A program made the position numbers and the translations under genes. 64,000 bases of DNA. It comes from Paramecium tetraurelia. Lineage: Eukaryota. Where the stretch lies: positions 124,001 to 188,000 of the forward strand of contig CT868670.1 in the NCBI GenBank assembly GCA_000165425.1. Direction: 5' to 3'. Below the pieces are notes generated by a model that saw nothing but the letters and a program-made list of their open reading frames with translations, had not been told where the DNA came from and searched no databases. Of this stretch, positions 1 to 12,909 are shown piece by piece. Every line of letters begins with the position of its first letter. The stretch's first letter is position 1.

Positions 1-425
1 ATAATATCTAAGTAATTGATCAATTGTTTTATTGGATTATTAATTCTAAAGTGACTAGTAATATTAGAGATCCTGAATTCCTATAATATCATTTTCGATA
101 GTAGTTAAATAATCTCTGATAATCCTTAAAATATTATAAAATATAGTAATTTACTTTACTAAGAATTAATGGATCCAAGAATTAATGTCATTAATCATGT
201 TTAATGTATCTAAAATAAGAAATTAATTCCTGGCCAATTATGAAATAAATTCAACTTTCTGAGATTGATATCCTACTGATAGTTGATTATCCTTTAATGA
301 AATTTTAACATCATAAATAATAAGTTAGAGAATACTTTCATTTTTTTTGACTTAGTATTAATATTATTATTAAAAAATGATAAATATTTAATTTATATTG
401 TAATAAGCACTCACATATACTATAA

Positions 426-2323
426 TCATAAAAATTAAATGCTATCTCCAGGAGATTCAATTTAGATTGAAGTTGAAAATGAGTTTGCAATCCTTGAATA
501 TTCTTATACTTTTATTTTGTCTGAAGGTTTCATCGATGTTATGGGGATTAACAAATAGTCTTCCGTAAGTTGTTGGAAAATGTAAAATTCTAAATAATTA
601 GATTTTCGTTTTTATTAAATTAACTTCAACCTATCAAAAGGGCCCAATCTTCTAATCAAAATCAATGAAACTGCAAGATCCAAATCTAAAGGCACAGTAC
701 TATTGTGCCTTAATTCTTATAAGGATTGCGGATTCAGAATAGGTAAACCATGAAGTTGATTCTTTGTTATATTCGGACCTTGGTAGAGTATTTTAATTCT
801 AATTATGGGTGTTAATGAAAAATCTGTGGTTACTTCATCTAATATTACTTATATGGTCGATGACTTTTTGCTTGTGTAATTAATTAAATTATGGAGTAGT
901 AATTTCGTGTACTTGTAGTCAGACATAATGCTATTGCTGCTTAAATTATTGATGACTTCGAATTGTTGGATATAACCCAAAGACTAAGGCTTCTGTTTAT
1001 TGTAGCCATCATAGAAGGCAAATACATCTTTGATTAATAGGATGAGATCAAATTATTTGATTCCGAGAGAGAGCATCTTTTATAAGGTAAATGTCTCCAA
1101 ATTAAGAAAATCTGTATATCCTTTATTTAAACTATAATTAATCATTTATAATGTCTTGTTTATTAGCTATGCATCTGTTTGCTTATTGGCAAAATTTTTT
1201 ATCCATTTAAAATAGATGAGAGATTTTTTAATTTATTTATCAAAAATTTATTGTATGTAATGAAGTTGTTTTGAATTGTTCCTCATTCTCAATCTCATCT
1301 CTTCCTCCTGTGTTTCAGATTTGCTCTCCTTCATCAATAGGACAGTTACAGGCTTTACGTCAAAACTCCTAAAAATGCTTAAAGCGAACACTTATTCTTA
1401 ATAAAATCCATAAATCTGAATATCTTATTTGATTTTAGAGGGAGTATCATTAATATCTGAATTTGATTCTTGGGTATAATAAACGAGAAATTACTTGAGG
1501 GTTTGTTTTTTTGGGGAAAGTAAATTATCAACCGAAATTATTTCAGCAACCCTTGATTTTTAAATGTGCATAGACAGTTGCATATTGAGGACCATCTTGA
1601 GGAACTCCTCCTAATCTTCCTTAAGTATTCTTTTGCTGTTATTCTTCTCAATCAAAATCAATGATTTCCTTTCATCATATTTAACTGAGTAGCTTTATAC
1701 ATCTTTGAATTTTGAGATTTTGTTCAAATATTATTGGCATTTCTGATAATCCAAGAAGGTAGTTCTCAATAGCCTTTCAAATTAATACATAAATTAAACG
1801 TATAAGACGACATACAACAAATATCGAAAGTACGTATCAATATTGATATCCGAATGTCGAACTCCGAAGATAAGATGCAAAGTTACTGTAATTATAAGCA
1901 AAAGGGCGCGTTTCATAAAATTCATCAGGTTTAACAAACTTAATAAAGTCAGGAAATTCAGTACCTCGCAAAAGTGAAAGAAATAAAAAATGTTTCAGTG
2001 TATTACCAATCGTTGCTGGCAAATTACTATTCAAAAGCTATATAGGCATTGATCGAGAGCATGTATATAATGATTGCAATTTCATATACATATGGATACT
2101 TCTTATTAAGCCTAATTGATATTAGGATGAGGATTAGGGTTCCTATGCTGATTGACGCAATTATCCAATTTTTGGAAATCAAGCAACTGACAAAAGAAAG
2201 AAAATTGATTAGACCAAAGATCCATTTTTAATAGACCAGGATTGTTGAAAATAATTTTTGTTTTGATTCTCTAAACTCCTTTTCAATATAGGAAACTTCG
2301 AAATTTAAAGTAATTAAATTCAT
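426..2323 (-). CDS. Multi-pass membrane protein with degenerate histidine-kinase/HATPase-like C-terminus (~623 aa, 1 intron)
   Basis: Code-6 ORF MNLITLNFEVSYIEKEFRES..., several hydrophobic helices, one 26-nt intron restores frame; C-terminal DLDLAVSLILIRRLGPFDRL resembles a decayed G2-box region; paralog at 21372-23307. Confidence 0.7.
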
Positions 2324-2455
2324 ATATGGTTAATAAATTAATAAAAAAAGGACTTAGAAACATACCTAAATATTTACAAGACTTATTCCAATTAATATAA
2401 ACACTTCTTTGATATGTAGGGAAAAAACAGAAAAAATATTGAAAATTAAAATTTT

Positions 2456-3971
2456 ATGATAAAAAAATAGAGTTTATCTTCAAAGCCTCTATCTTATATC
2501 CAATTATATGACAATGGGAGAAATTCTTATTGTAAGATTCACTGTATGAAATATGAATAATTTGAGTATAGAAATGGGAGGTGCTATATATGCTGCTATC
2601 AAAAAGAATGCAATTAAAATAATGAACCATTAAGTAATACTGAAATTGTCATGCTCTTACATTAAATTTTGGTGTAATCGATTTCAAACTAATTTAAGTA
2701 GTAATAAAAGTAAAGGATACCTACTCTTAGAGAAGATGTAAACAAAGCAATTTAGCTGTATTGTGATAGGGCTATTAAAATTATTGATAAAAATTGTGAA
2801 AAGTAAGATCAATTAAATGAAAAAATTAAATATATTTTGAAAAATCTCTAAAATGAAAATATCCATTAATAAGCATATGAGATTTTGAAATTCTAAGAAT
2901 TGGATTGTGTTAATGTTAAATTAGGAGTCATTGCTACACTAACTAAAGAATTTTATAGAATTCTAACCAAATGTGAAATACTTTAAATTGCATTAATTCC
3001 ATAATTTAATATGATTAATTTATTTGCAACAATGAATACAGTGTTCTAAACAACTAAATTTAAGTCTGAAAAATGAAATCAATTCAATTCTAAAGACAAC
3101 ATGAAATTAATATCGAATATTCTAAGTAAAGTATTAAGAGAATCTATTAAGACATAAAGAATCACTAAATTATTGTAGTGTCTATTGGACAGGAATTAAA
3201 TAATTAAATTAAAATAATTAAGCCAACTTAATATAGTTTATTTGAACAATTTGATTCATTAAAAAATACAATACCAGCAGAACTATTTTGTATTAGTCCC
3301 AGTTGTCAATTTTATGCTTGGGGAAGTAATACAAGGATTTAAATATATTAATTGTAAACTCAAACATAGATTCAATAGCATTCAATATTTCAATGAATTT
3401 GTGTTTAGTACTTCAGATTAGAAAATCAATTTTTGGGGTTTGAATAATAAAAATTGGGAGTTAGAATATGTTACCTGAAAGAGTGCATGTCTTCATTTTT
3501 ATTGAGGATGGAAAACTACTCATTTGTTAGTCGAATTCAAACTTGACATTTTTGATTAAGGAAAATAATACATGGATAATATATTAGTAAATTCATCAAA
3601 GTTTCATTACGACAATGTGGAGTAAAATAAATAAGATGATTATAACTACCAATTTGAAGAATCAGATATAAACATGGTAGAGAAATTAGAAAGGATTGTT
3701 TTAATTGATTTCAACTGCATGGGATCCAGAAAGCAATTCGAAGAATTGTGAAGTTAATCCTGTATATATAAATGATGATGGTTTGTTTTTGGGTTAATGC
3801 TAAGATAACAAATTAAAAGTTTGGTCATATTTAGAAGATGGAAGTATACAATTAGCTTTTGAATAAGAAATTGATGAATAAAATGTTGTTATAACAAATG
3901 ATTTTACCAATTTATTAGCCTAAAATGAGAAATCATTAATTTGGTATTAATTAATATATCATTAGCCTTGA
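2456..3971 (+). pseudogene. Probable WD40-repeat protein pseudogene
   Basis: ATG 2456 frame open to in-frame TGA 3074-3076; WD40-like pieces (FCISPSCQFYAWGSNTRIQIY, FVFSTSDQKINFWG, DNKLKVWSY) fall in different frames with no obvious intron fixing them. Confidence 0.5.
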
Positions 3972-3983
3972 AACATTACATAT

Positions 3984-5294
3984 TCATTATTTTAAATATA
4001 ATTACCATCTATAATTAGGATGATCAGTAATGTCTTTGCCAATCCTAAGACTGGTTTTATGATCAATCTACATACTGAAACGTAGATCTCCTTCCAATAT
4101 TTGAGAATCACAATGGATGTTAAGGGCATTTCCAATGTCAATTTATTATATTGGAGAGAATCCAATGACTCCACAAAAGACTCCATACTTATTGTACCAG
4201 TAAACTGATCCACTTCTGCTTTTTCTTGCCACTTTGAAATCCGAAGTAGATTGCAATAATTCACTTGCATAATCAATAGAGCAGAGAATCAGGAGATTAG
4301 GATCTGATGATTTGATGGCCCCTATGCATATAAGAGATTTCTCATTGCATAAGGTTTTCAAATGATTTAAATTCTATTTTGTTATTACTTTTGAGAAGGG
4401 GTTATCAAAAATGATCTGAAATTAATTTGTTATAAGTGTTTCTGTTGGATAGGATTGTAATATTTACCCAACTGGTAATTTTATTAGATTGTTCATATAT
4501 TATACCTATTCATCACTAACTTATTGAGGTTTTTTTGAGAGGTAGAGTTAGAAACTCTGATCCAATTTTTCATAAATAGATTGCATGTACAATAGATTTT
4601 GCTCTTCGTCTTAGAATCCAACTATTATTTCTTATCGGACATCATTTATGTTGCTCATAAGACTTTTTAAACTCATTAGTTGATTATCCATAAAATATTC
4701 GCATTGTTCAGCACAATCAGTGCTATTTAGGAACAAGCATGCATCAAATAAAAATTTGGTTACAAACTTCTCATATCCTAACAGAATGTTCTTTTGATTT
4801 AAGATTCTTATAATAATTATCATAGTATACTTAATGAGTCTAGGATTAAAATGATCTGCATTCACCTTATTCTACAACTCTTTTGCTAATTATTCTAATT
4901 CTTCCTCATTCCTTAAGTTATTTGCAAAATGCGATTTAGATTCGGCTTCTATCTTTTGTTTGCTTAATTGCTTAGCCTGATTTGCTTCCTTTTAGATCTA
5001 ACCCAATTTTTCACAAATTAACTCGTAACAAAGATCTTGTTTCGAACTTAAAAGCTAGTATTTCTCGTTTCTTTGATTGGTCTAGAATTCTTATTATTCC
5101 TATAATTGGGAAGTCAAATTAGACAATTCAATTATTATATGGCTTTTGTCATGTTCATTAAAACATTGAGGACAGAGGGTTTTCTTAGAATTGCAATCAT
5201 CAGTTAAACACAAAGCAATGATTTACATATTTTATTTTTTATGTATCTCATTTGAACATACAATTTTGTTGCCTAAAACAAAGGGTTTCTGCAT
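3984..5294 (-). CDS. Hypothetical protein: N-terminal Cys/His zinc-binding-like motif, coiled coil, globular C-terminal domain (436 aa)
   Basis: 1311-nt span, ATG to TGA; CSNEIH...CLTDDC...CPQCFNEHDKSH; C-terminus includes track fragment LCNEKSLICIGA...VYWY. Confidence 0.7.
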
Positions 5295-5314
5295 TAATAA
5301 TTATTAAATTTAAT

Positions 5315-6246
5315 ATGGAAATATATACAATCTCGCAGTACGGAAATTTTTAATATAAGGAGATATTGGAGGAATTTTGGAGATTTAAATAGGTCATTCT
5401 AAACTACTTAACCAATTTTGAAGATATCATATAAGAAGTTATCAATTCTCATGTCAACTTTACTTCCATATTTCCTGAGGTTTATAATTTCATTGAGAAA
5501 GAATTTTCAATTAAAGATTTTGTAAATTCAATATAAAATAAATACACTATCTCTAACAATCACCTATTGTATAAGGGTATAAAAAATGATACGAACTAAT
5601 TGAAGATAGAATTATAGAAGATATACACTTAAATTTAAATGATATTTCAACAGTAATTGCTGAATCAGCAATTGCTACCTTCTAGAATGATTAATTTAAA
5701 TGATTAGTCTCATCATGAAGAGATTGAAATAATTAATGAAAATGAAATTAGAAGATCCAAGCTTTCTAGTATATATATTTATAAGAAATTATCAAGATGG
5801 CAGATGGTTAATTTAGACTTTGAGGATCCAGAAAGAAAAGAACTATTGTTTTAGATCCAAGAATCTAGTGTTTACAATCAATGGATCTGACACAGTCTTT
5901 GGTGTTGCTTCTTACTCTCAAGTCGTAAAGCACAATTTTGAAATGCAATATCCCATTCCCAGTGCATATTTTGTTAGATAGGATGGAGGTAATTGATAAT
6001 TGTAAGATTTTAGTTCATTTTGGGTTTGGGTTAACAGAAGTCTAACAAGATTTTAGTGTACCTGGGTTCAGTTCTAAGAAAGGACACTAAGTTAGTATGG
6101 GTTTATAAACTGGTTAAAATATTTTGATTTTGGAAAATTTAGTCACAAAGGAAAAGGAGGAGTATGTAATACCTGAATTATCGGATGATTGGTGTTATAT
6201 TTTTGGATTTAGATTTCATAATGATTCAATAATATTGGAATAGTGA
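5315..6246 (+). CDS. Hypothetical protein with SPRY/B30.2-like beta-rich C-terminal domain
   Basis: Code-6 ORF with two short introns (~5769, ~5990); DTVFGVAS...AYFVRQDG...GFSSKKGHQVSMGL...WCYIFGFRFHNDSIIL pattern. Confidence 0.55.
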
Positions 6247-6279
6247 TAATATTTGAGAAATGAAATAAATATATTAATT

Positions 6280-8099
6280 ATGATTTTAATTATTTTAGTG
6301 ATTGTGTTCTAAGTGATAGGAGAAGAATTATTAAATTTGACAACCAAAACATTCTCAATCGAAGATGAGTTGAGTGGAGTCAAGGAGGTTATTCAAGGAT
6401 CACGCTAATTTATTACAGACTTCGACAATGCTGAATTTGCAATCAATATAGAATTGCATGGAAATAATAGTTATCCTTGGGATATATGTTTTTCAAAATA
6501 GGGTTCAGTTGAATTCGGAGAATATGAAAATCATCATACTGTAATTTACAATGCTACTCACAATCCTGACGAAGAACATGCAAATGATCCATCTTATTAT
6601 TTAAGTACACCAATATTGGTCAATATGGTGATAACAAAATAAGGGTTATTGATTGCAACTAGTGATCATACTCTATTGAATTACAACGTTACATAAGATC
6701 CATAAAGCTAAGTTGGATTTAAAACACACCTCCTATAGGAATACGACTATGATTCCTTGAGAAGTGAAGCAACTGAAGCTGAAGTGCCATAAATTGTATA
6801 CTCCTCTACATATAATTATGTATATTTGATATATAGAGATTAAATTTTAAAAGGAAAGGTTTCATCCAACATGACTTTGTCAAACTGTTCAATTGGTAGT
6901 GGATTAGAAAATGACAATAATTTTATTGGGTAAATCAAGATCTTGAATAATTATATGTTTGTTCCATTGGGTAGGGATGGCCTAGATATTTATTAGATTA
7001 ATAAAGATGGTGATATAAAACTTAAGATGTCTTTGAGTTCATTTGATATATACAACAAGGATTTAACCATTAGTTTAGTGGATATAGTGTTCAGCAAATC
7101 CACCAAATCTAATGATACTTATGCTTTCATTCTAGACAGCATTCATGGTGTTACTAAGTATCTTGTTAGAACTACTGAAGAACAAATAGTATTGAATAGA
7201 GATGATAAATTTGGCCTCGTCGATATCAAATCTGGTTTAGCTATTGCAGTATAGCCTGATGATTTCCTATTGATTCTCAAAGAAGTGTAAGCTTATTTAA
7301 TTATCATTTTAGTGGAATCAATCAATAATTGGTTGAAATAGGGTTCAAAGATGAAGGTTGGTTCGAAGTTAAGACTCATTATTTGACTGGATAATATTTT
7401 GATATTATTCTTTCCAAAGATTTTGTACTTTTAAGAGGTAAAGACGAACACAGAATTGTGAGAACTGGGGTGTATGAGGAATTTGAGCCAGAATTTAAAT
7501 TTTATACTCAAGATGATTATTTCACTGAAAAGGCCAATTCTTTCTATGAAGATTATGTGTTTATTCCTAAATTGTAGAGTGTGAAGTTTTACGGATCAGA
7601 TTTCTAAACAGAAGGAGATGACAATCAATGGTCATTTTAAAAAGAATACCCATTCCTTTTGGGTTTAACTCAACATACCATTGTGGAATTACCTTATATT
7701 GTCAGAAATCCTTAGATATTTTGCGAACCTAAGTCTGAGTAGGATGTTGGCAAAATTTACAAATATGAAATACTAATGAATGCAACTTCATGTCCTGACA
7801 AAGATAAGTATTTGGACGAGAATCCCAAAGTCCCATATCAAACCATTCAATGCTCATATAAGAATGCATTTTAGGTCAAGGTTGTGTTGGCTCAAGCCAA
7901 GATTTACAACACTCAGGAGTTGATTGGAGTGATTATTGGACTCATAATTCTCTTAATTCTGTTAGCATTCTTGTTGGCTTATTTGTATAGGAAATTCAAA
8001 GTTAAGGAAGAGGGGCTAACCAGTCAAGTGTAAGGTTTTGATAACCAGAAGGGATATGATTTAGAACCAAACGATGCTCCTGCCACTCAGGGATTATGA
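6280..8099 (+). CDS. Type I membrane protein (signal peptide, beta-rich LVIVD-like ectodomain, C-terminal TM helix), ~597 aa
   Basis: MILIILVIVFQVIG signal; one 26-nt intron near 7286 gives 598 codons; NNYMFVPLGRDGLDIYQI; TM LIGVIIGLIILLILLAFLLAYLY followed by RKFK. Confidence 0.8.
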
Positions 8100-8414
8100 A
8101 GCATAATTCATTTTTAATATTATGAAACATATATATATATATCTATTACATATATTACAAATAAGTATATTTAGTCAACAATTTGAAGATGAATATAAGA
8201 TTACTTTGTAAATTAAAGGGATTAGTAAGAATTTCAAAATTTTGGAAGGGTGGAAATTTTATAATGATTTATTTAATTAAATTTGACAAATTAATTAGAA
8301 TTACAGATTTATTTGGTTTAGGTGGAATTTCAATCAAAAATTTGGATAATTTCATCATCTTTTTATTATAAAGGGATTCTTAATAAATAATAAAATAGTC
8401 CGTCAGTATTTGAC

Positions 8415-10265
8415 ATGATTGTACCATTCTGGACATCTTCAAATACGTTTACTTTAAATCTTAAAAGCATATAATTAAATAATTTTGAAATAAAGAACAT
8501 GCAAAACATTGAAATTAACTATGGTGAGGTAGTTTACCATATAATTTGCCAGAGAGAGCATCTAGTTCGAGATATCTACTATCAATTGTACATCTTTACC
8601 AATGCTATAACTCTCTCAACTGTAATTCTATTGGTTTATGATCTAAATTTAGGAAATAGAGTCACCAACTCCCAAATATATGGTTCCGATAAATCTAGAA
8701 AATAATATACATTGGGTAAAAAACAACTAGAGAGTGTTGACTCAATTTGGCATTGAGTACAAAGGAACAGTCAAGTATTTCACAGCCCCAGAACAGGAGC
8801 TAAAAATCTTCAAGAGAATAGTCAAAAACAAAATAATGTATCGAGAAGTTAGTGACTTCTACCAACCATTAAAACTCTTGGGCAAGGGAGGATCTTCTAA
8901 GGTACTTTATTAGACATAAAAGTTAGGTTTATTTGGTCCATGACAAGGACAATTCAGCCGAATTTGCATCTAAATGTATAGAGAAAAGATATCTCCGAGA
9001 AGACGGTGGCTATGTAAGAATACTTCTTATAACTATAAGACTGCCTTATTCAATGAGATTAGTATCATGGCCAACCTCGACTTCGAATAGATCGTTAAAC
9101 TAGAAGAAGTGTACGAAGGAGACAACACATTTTATCTCATACTTGAATATCTGAAAGGACCAAGTCTACATGATCTATGTAATAGTAGAAGTACCACACA
9201 ACCTTTGACTTGGGAGTAAATTAAATAGATCATGTGGGTATAATATTATGTTTAAATTTTTAGTAATTACTCAAAGGAGTGGCTCATATGCATAGTTTAA
9301 ATATTATGCATCGTGATCTAAAACCAGAGAATATCATGTTTAAAGAGCATGGTTCAGTTTAAGGTCTTAGAATAGTTGATTTTGGCTTGGCCACAAATAC
9401 AAATGTGGAAAAGTACCCATTTCCTAAATGTGGCACTCCTGGATATGTTGCTCCAGAAATTGCTAATCTCAAAGATCTCACTGTAAAATACGATAAGATC
9501 TGTGATATGTTTAGCGTTGGTTGCATCTTCTATAAATTGTAAACATTAGTCTGATAATTAAGAATTACATAGAAAGATTTATTCCCAGGAATAGACTACC
9601 ATGAAATACTTAAACTAAACAAAAAATGCTACGTCAATCTTGATAATCTTCAAATGTTCAAAGCCCCCTCTTCAGCTGTTGAACTCATTTCTTCAATGCT
9701 TAATCCCAATCCCAGTCTAAGAATCTCAGCTTCAAGAGCCTTAGAACATTTATTTTTTGTTCAAAGTCCCTAAGCTGATATTCGCATTAGCTTTTAAACT
9801 AAAAAGCGACTAGACCCTTAGAATAAATTATGGTAGACTCAACTTTTTAAAAATATCAAATCTGATAAAATTCAACTTCCTGAGATTCCACTTAAGCTTA
9901 GACAATAAGCAAAAGAGGATGAGGTGATAGAGGATGAAAAAATCACTATAAATGTTCCTGCCATGAAAAGTCCAAGATTTTAATAATAAATTAAATAGAA
10001 AAATATCAATCTCATTGACAGTCAACCCTCAACTCCCAGAACAAAATAGATTAAAAAATATTCAACTTAAGAGTATGATCTATCATCTGATGCTTCATCG
10101 CCTGATTCTGCTAGAATGAGACCAACAATTGTGCTTAAAAACTCAACATAAAGTTCAGCCAAAGCACAAACTCCCAGAGCCCGACCCAGCAAACAGATTA
10201 TTTTGTAAAGGTAGATGTCAAATCAGCCAATTGAGGAAGTCAATGAAGAAGAAATCAAAGCATGA
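8415..10265 (+). CDS. Ser/Thr protein kinase, CAMK-like, with N-terminal PH-like region
   Basis: LGKGGSSKV, FASK, HRDLKPEN, IVDFGLA, CGTPGYVAPE, DMFSVG; several short introns; start uncertain. Confidence 0.92.
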
Positions 10266-10673
10266 TCAAAATTGAAGTTAATTTGAATTATATATTGAAA
10301 TTATATTGTTTATAAATTTAATTAAAATTTAAGTTAAACCTATTGAAATAACCATAGTATATTCAGGTTAATTATCATTAATATTAAGCATTATTAATAA
10401 GAAAGTAATCGTTATTTATGAAATAAATAATATTTTGATTCATTATACTAATTAAACTATAAATTTTTACTTCAAAATCAAAAGTTGAATCTATATAATG
10501 AATAACTTTATGTCCCTAATTTTGGAATTTTAAACTAGTGGACATACAAATTTATTAGAAAATGAATATCTATAATTATCTTTAATTAATACATATAATA
10601 AATTTAAAATTATGAAATCAGAAAATAAAAGAAACATATAAAATGAATAAATGTTATATTTTGATTAGAATAA

Positions 10674-11439
<766 letters not shown>

Positions 11440-12909
11440 TTATGATTTTTTTCTATATTTTAAATATTTAAATATTTAATTATCATTCCAAGGAACATTT
11501 ATACATCCCAAAATCACATCAATCCTACATCACTTCCACCTCATGTACATTAATCTATGAAAACATCCACTCCTCTAAACGTAATATCAAATATTTCTAA
11601 GAAATTTGAAAAATTTATTGAATTATCACCAAAAATAAATAGCCTAAATAATTTTTGATAGTGATTTCTTAGTAAATATCACATAAATCATTTCTCTAAG
11701 AGTTCCTATTTAAGAAGAAATTGTGTTTAAAACCTAATTATAAATATGTCTACAACATTATTAGTAAAGTTCTCAATGGTTTAAACATCTTTACGAAAGA
11801 GAAAAGTTCAATATAATAGGATCTTTTAATCAAAATTTTGATTACAATATATTCATTGATAAATAATCCTTGATTTTTTATGATGAAGAGTCTATAAAGA
11901 TATGAGTTACCTAAATAAAGGTAAGTATTAAAGAGTTTGCTAAGAAATTAACTAGAAATAATATTTAACATTAAAATTATAAACAATTACAATTATTACT
12001 AGGTTACACTTTAAATAATTTTATAGTTTAACTTCAAACATTTAATTAATTGAGATGTTATGACAGATTGTGCATTAAAGTTATCATATCAATATCAGCT
12101 TTATAAGAAGGATGGGTATATCTCAATGGTGTCTTATGAATGATAAAATCCACTAAATCATATTCTCACACTTTTTTTGCTCTTTTTTCATTCATAAATG
12201 AGTTATTTTATATTAATGACCATATTTAAAACTTTATTTCGCTTTAGCGTTAGTAACTTAAGTAAAGAAAGATAAAATGTAAAGACTATTGTTAAAAAAT
12301 AAGATATCAACTTGTTAATTCTTAAGTACATGAGTTATCATACATATTATTATTTAAAGCATTCAAATCTATCTCAAGCCGATAGGAAAATAGAAGATAA
12401 GCTTGAAAATTAGAATTAAAAACAAAGGGAAAGTTTTTAATTAAAAATTAAATAAAAATTTACTGTGGAATTTGAATGAGAATTCAAGAATTTAACATGC
12501 ATAGGATCTGATATTTTTATAACAACAGCAGAGAGTAAATCGTTTATTAATTCATAACAATCTGAAAATTAAAAAAGTTGTTTTGAATTAAAAATCCTAT
12601 TTAAAATATTCCTATTTAATAAGAATGAAATAAAATGTAAAGTAGATGATATAATAAAATAAATGTCGATTTATAAGAAGTTTGTAAATAGAAATCCACA
12701 TTTATAAGAGAAAATGAAGGATGATTAATAAATTCTATATTTCTGTATCAGCAATAGTAATCTTTAACCATTTCAATCACTAGCTATTCTAAGCTATATT
12801 TATTTGTATTAAAATTTATAAAATAATAACAATGATAAAAGGTTTATATCTTCATTTACAATATAATTAAGTTTATTATGACTTATTATATAAATTATTA
12901 TCAGAATCT

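Noticed and set aside
6019..6032. TTTGGGTTTGGGTT resembling Paramecium telomeric repeat
   Set aside because: Only two units, and it lies inside a coding exon (F-G-F-G-L)
8128..8141. (AT)n microsatellite (similar run near 32418)
   Set aside because: Short and expected in AT-rich spacers
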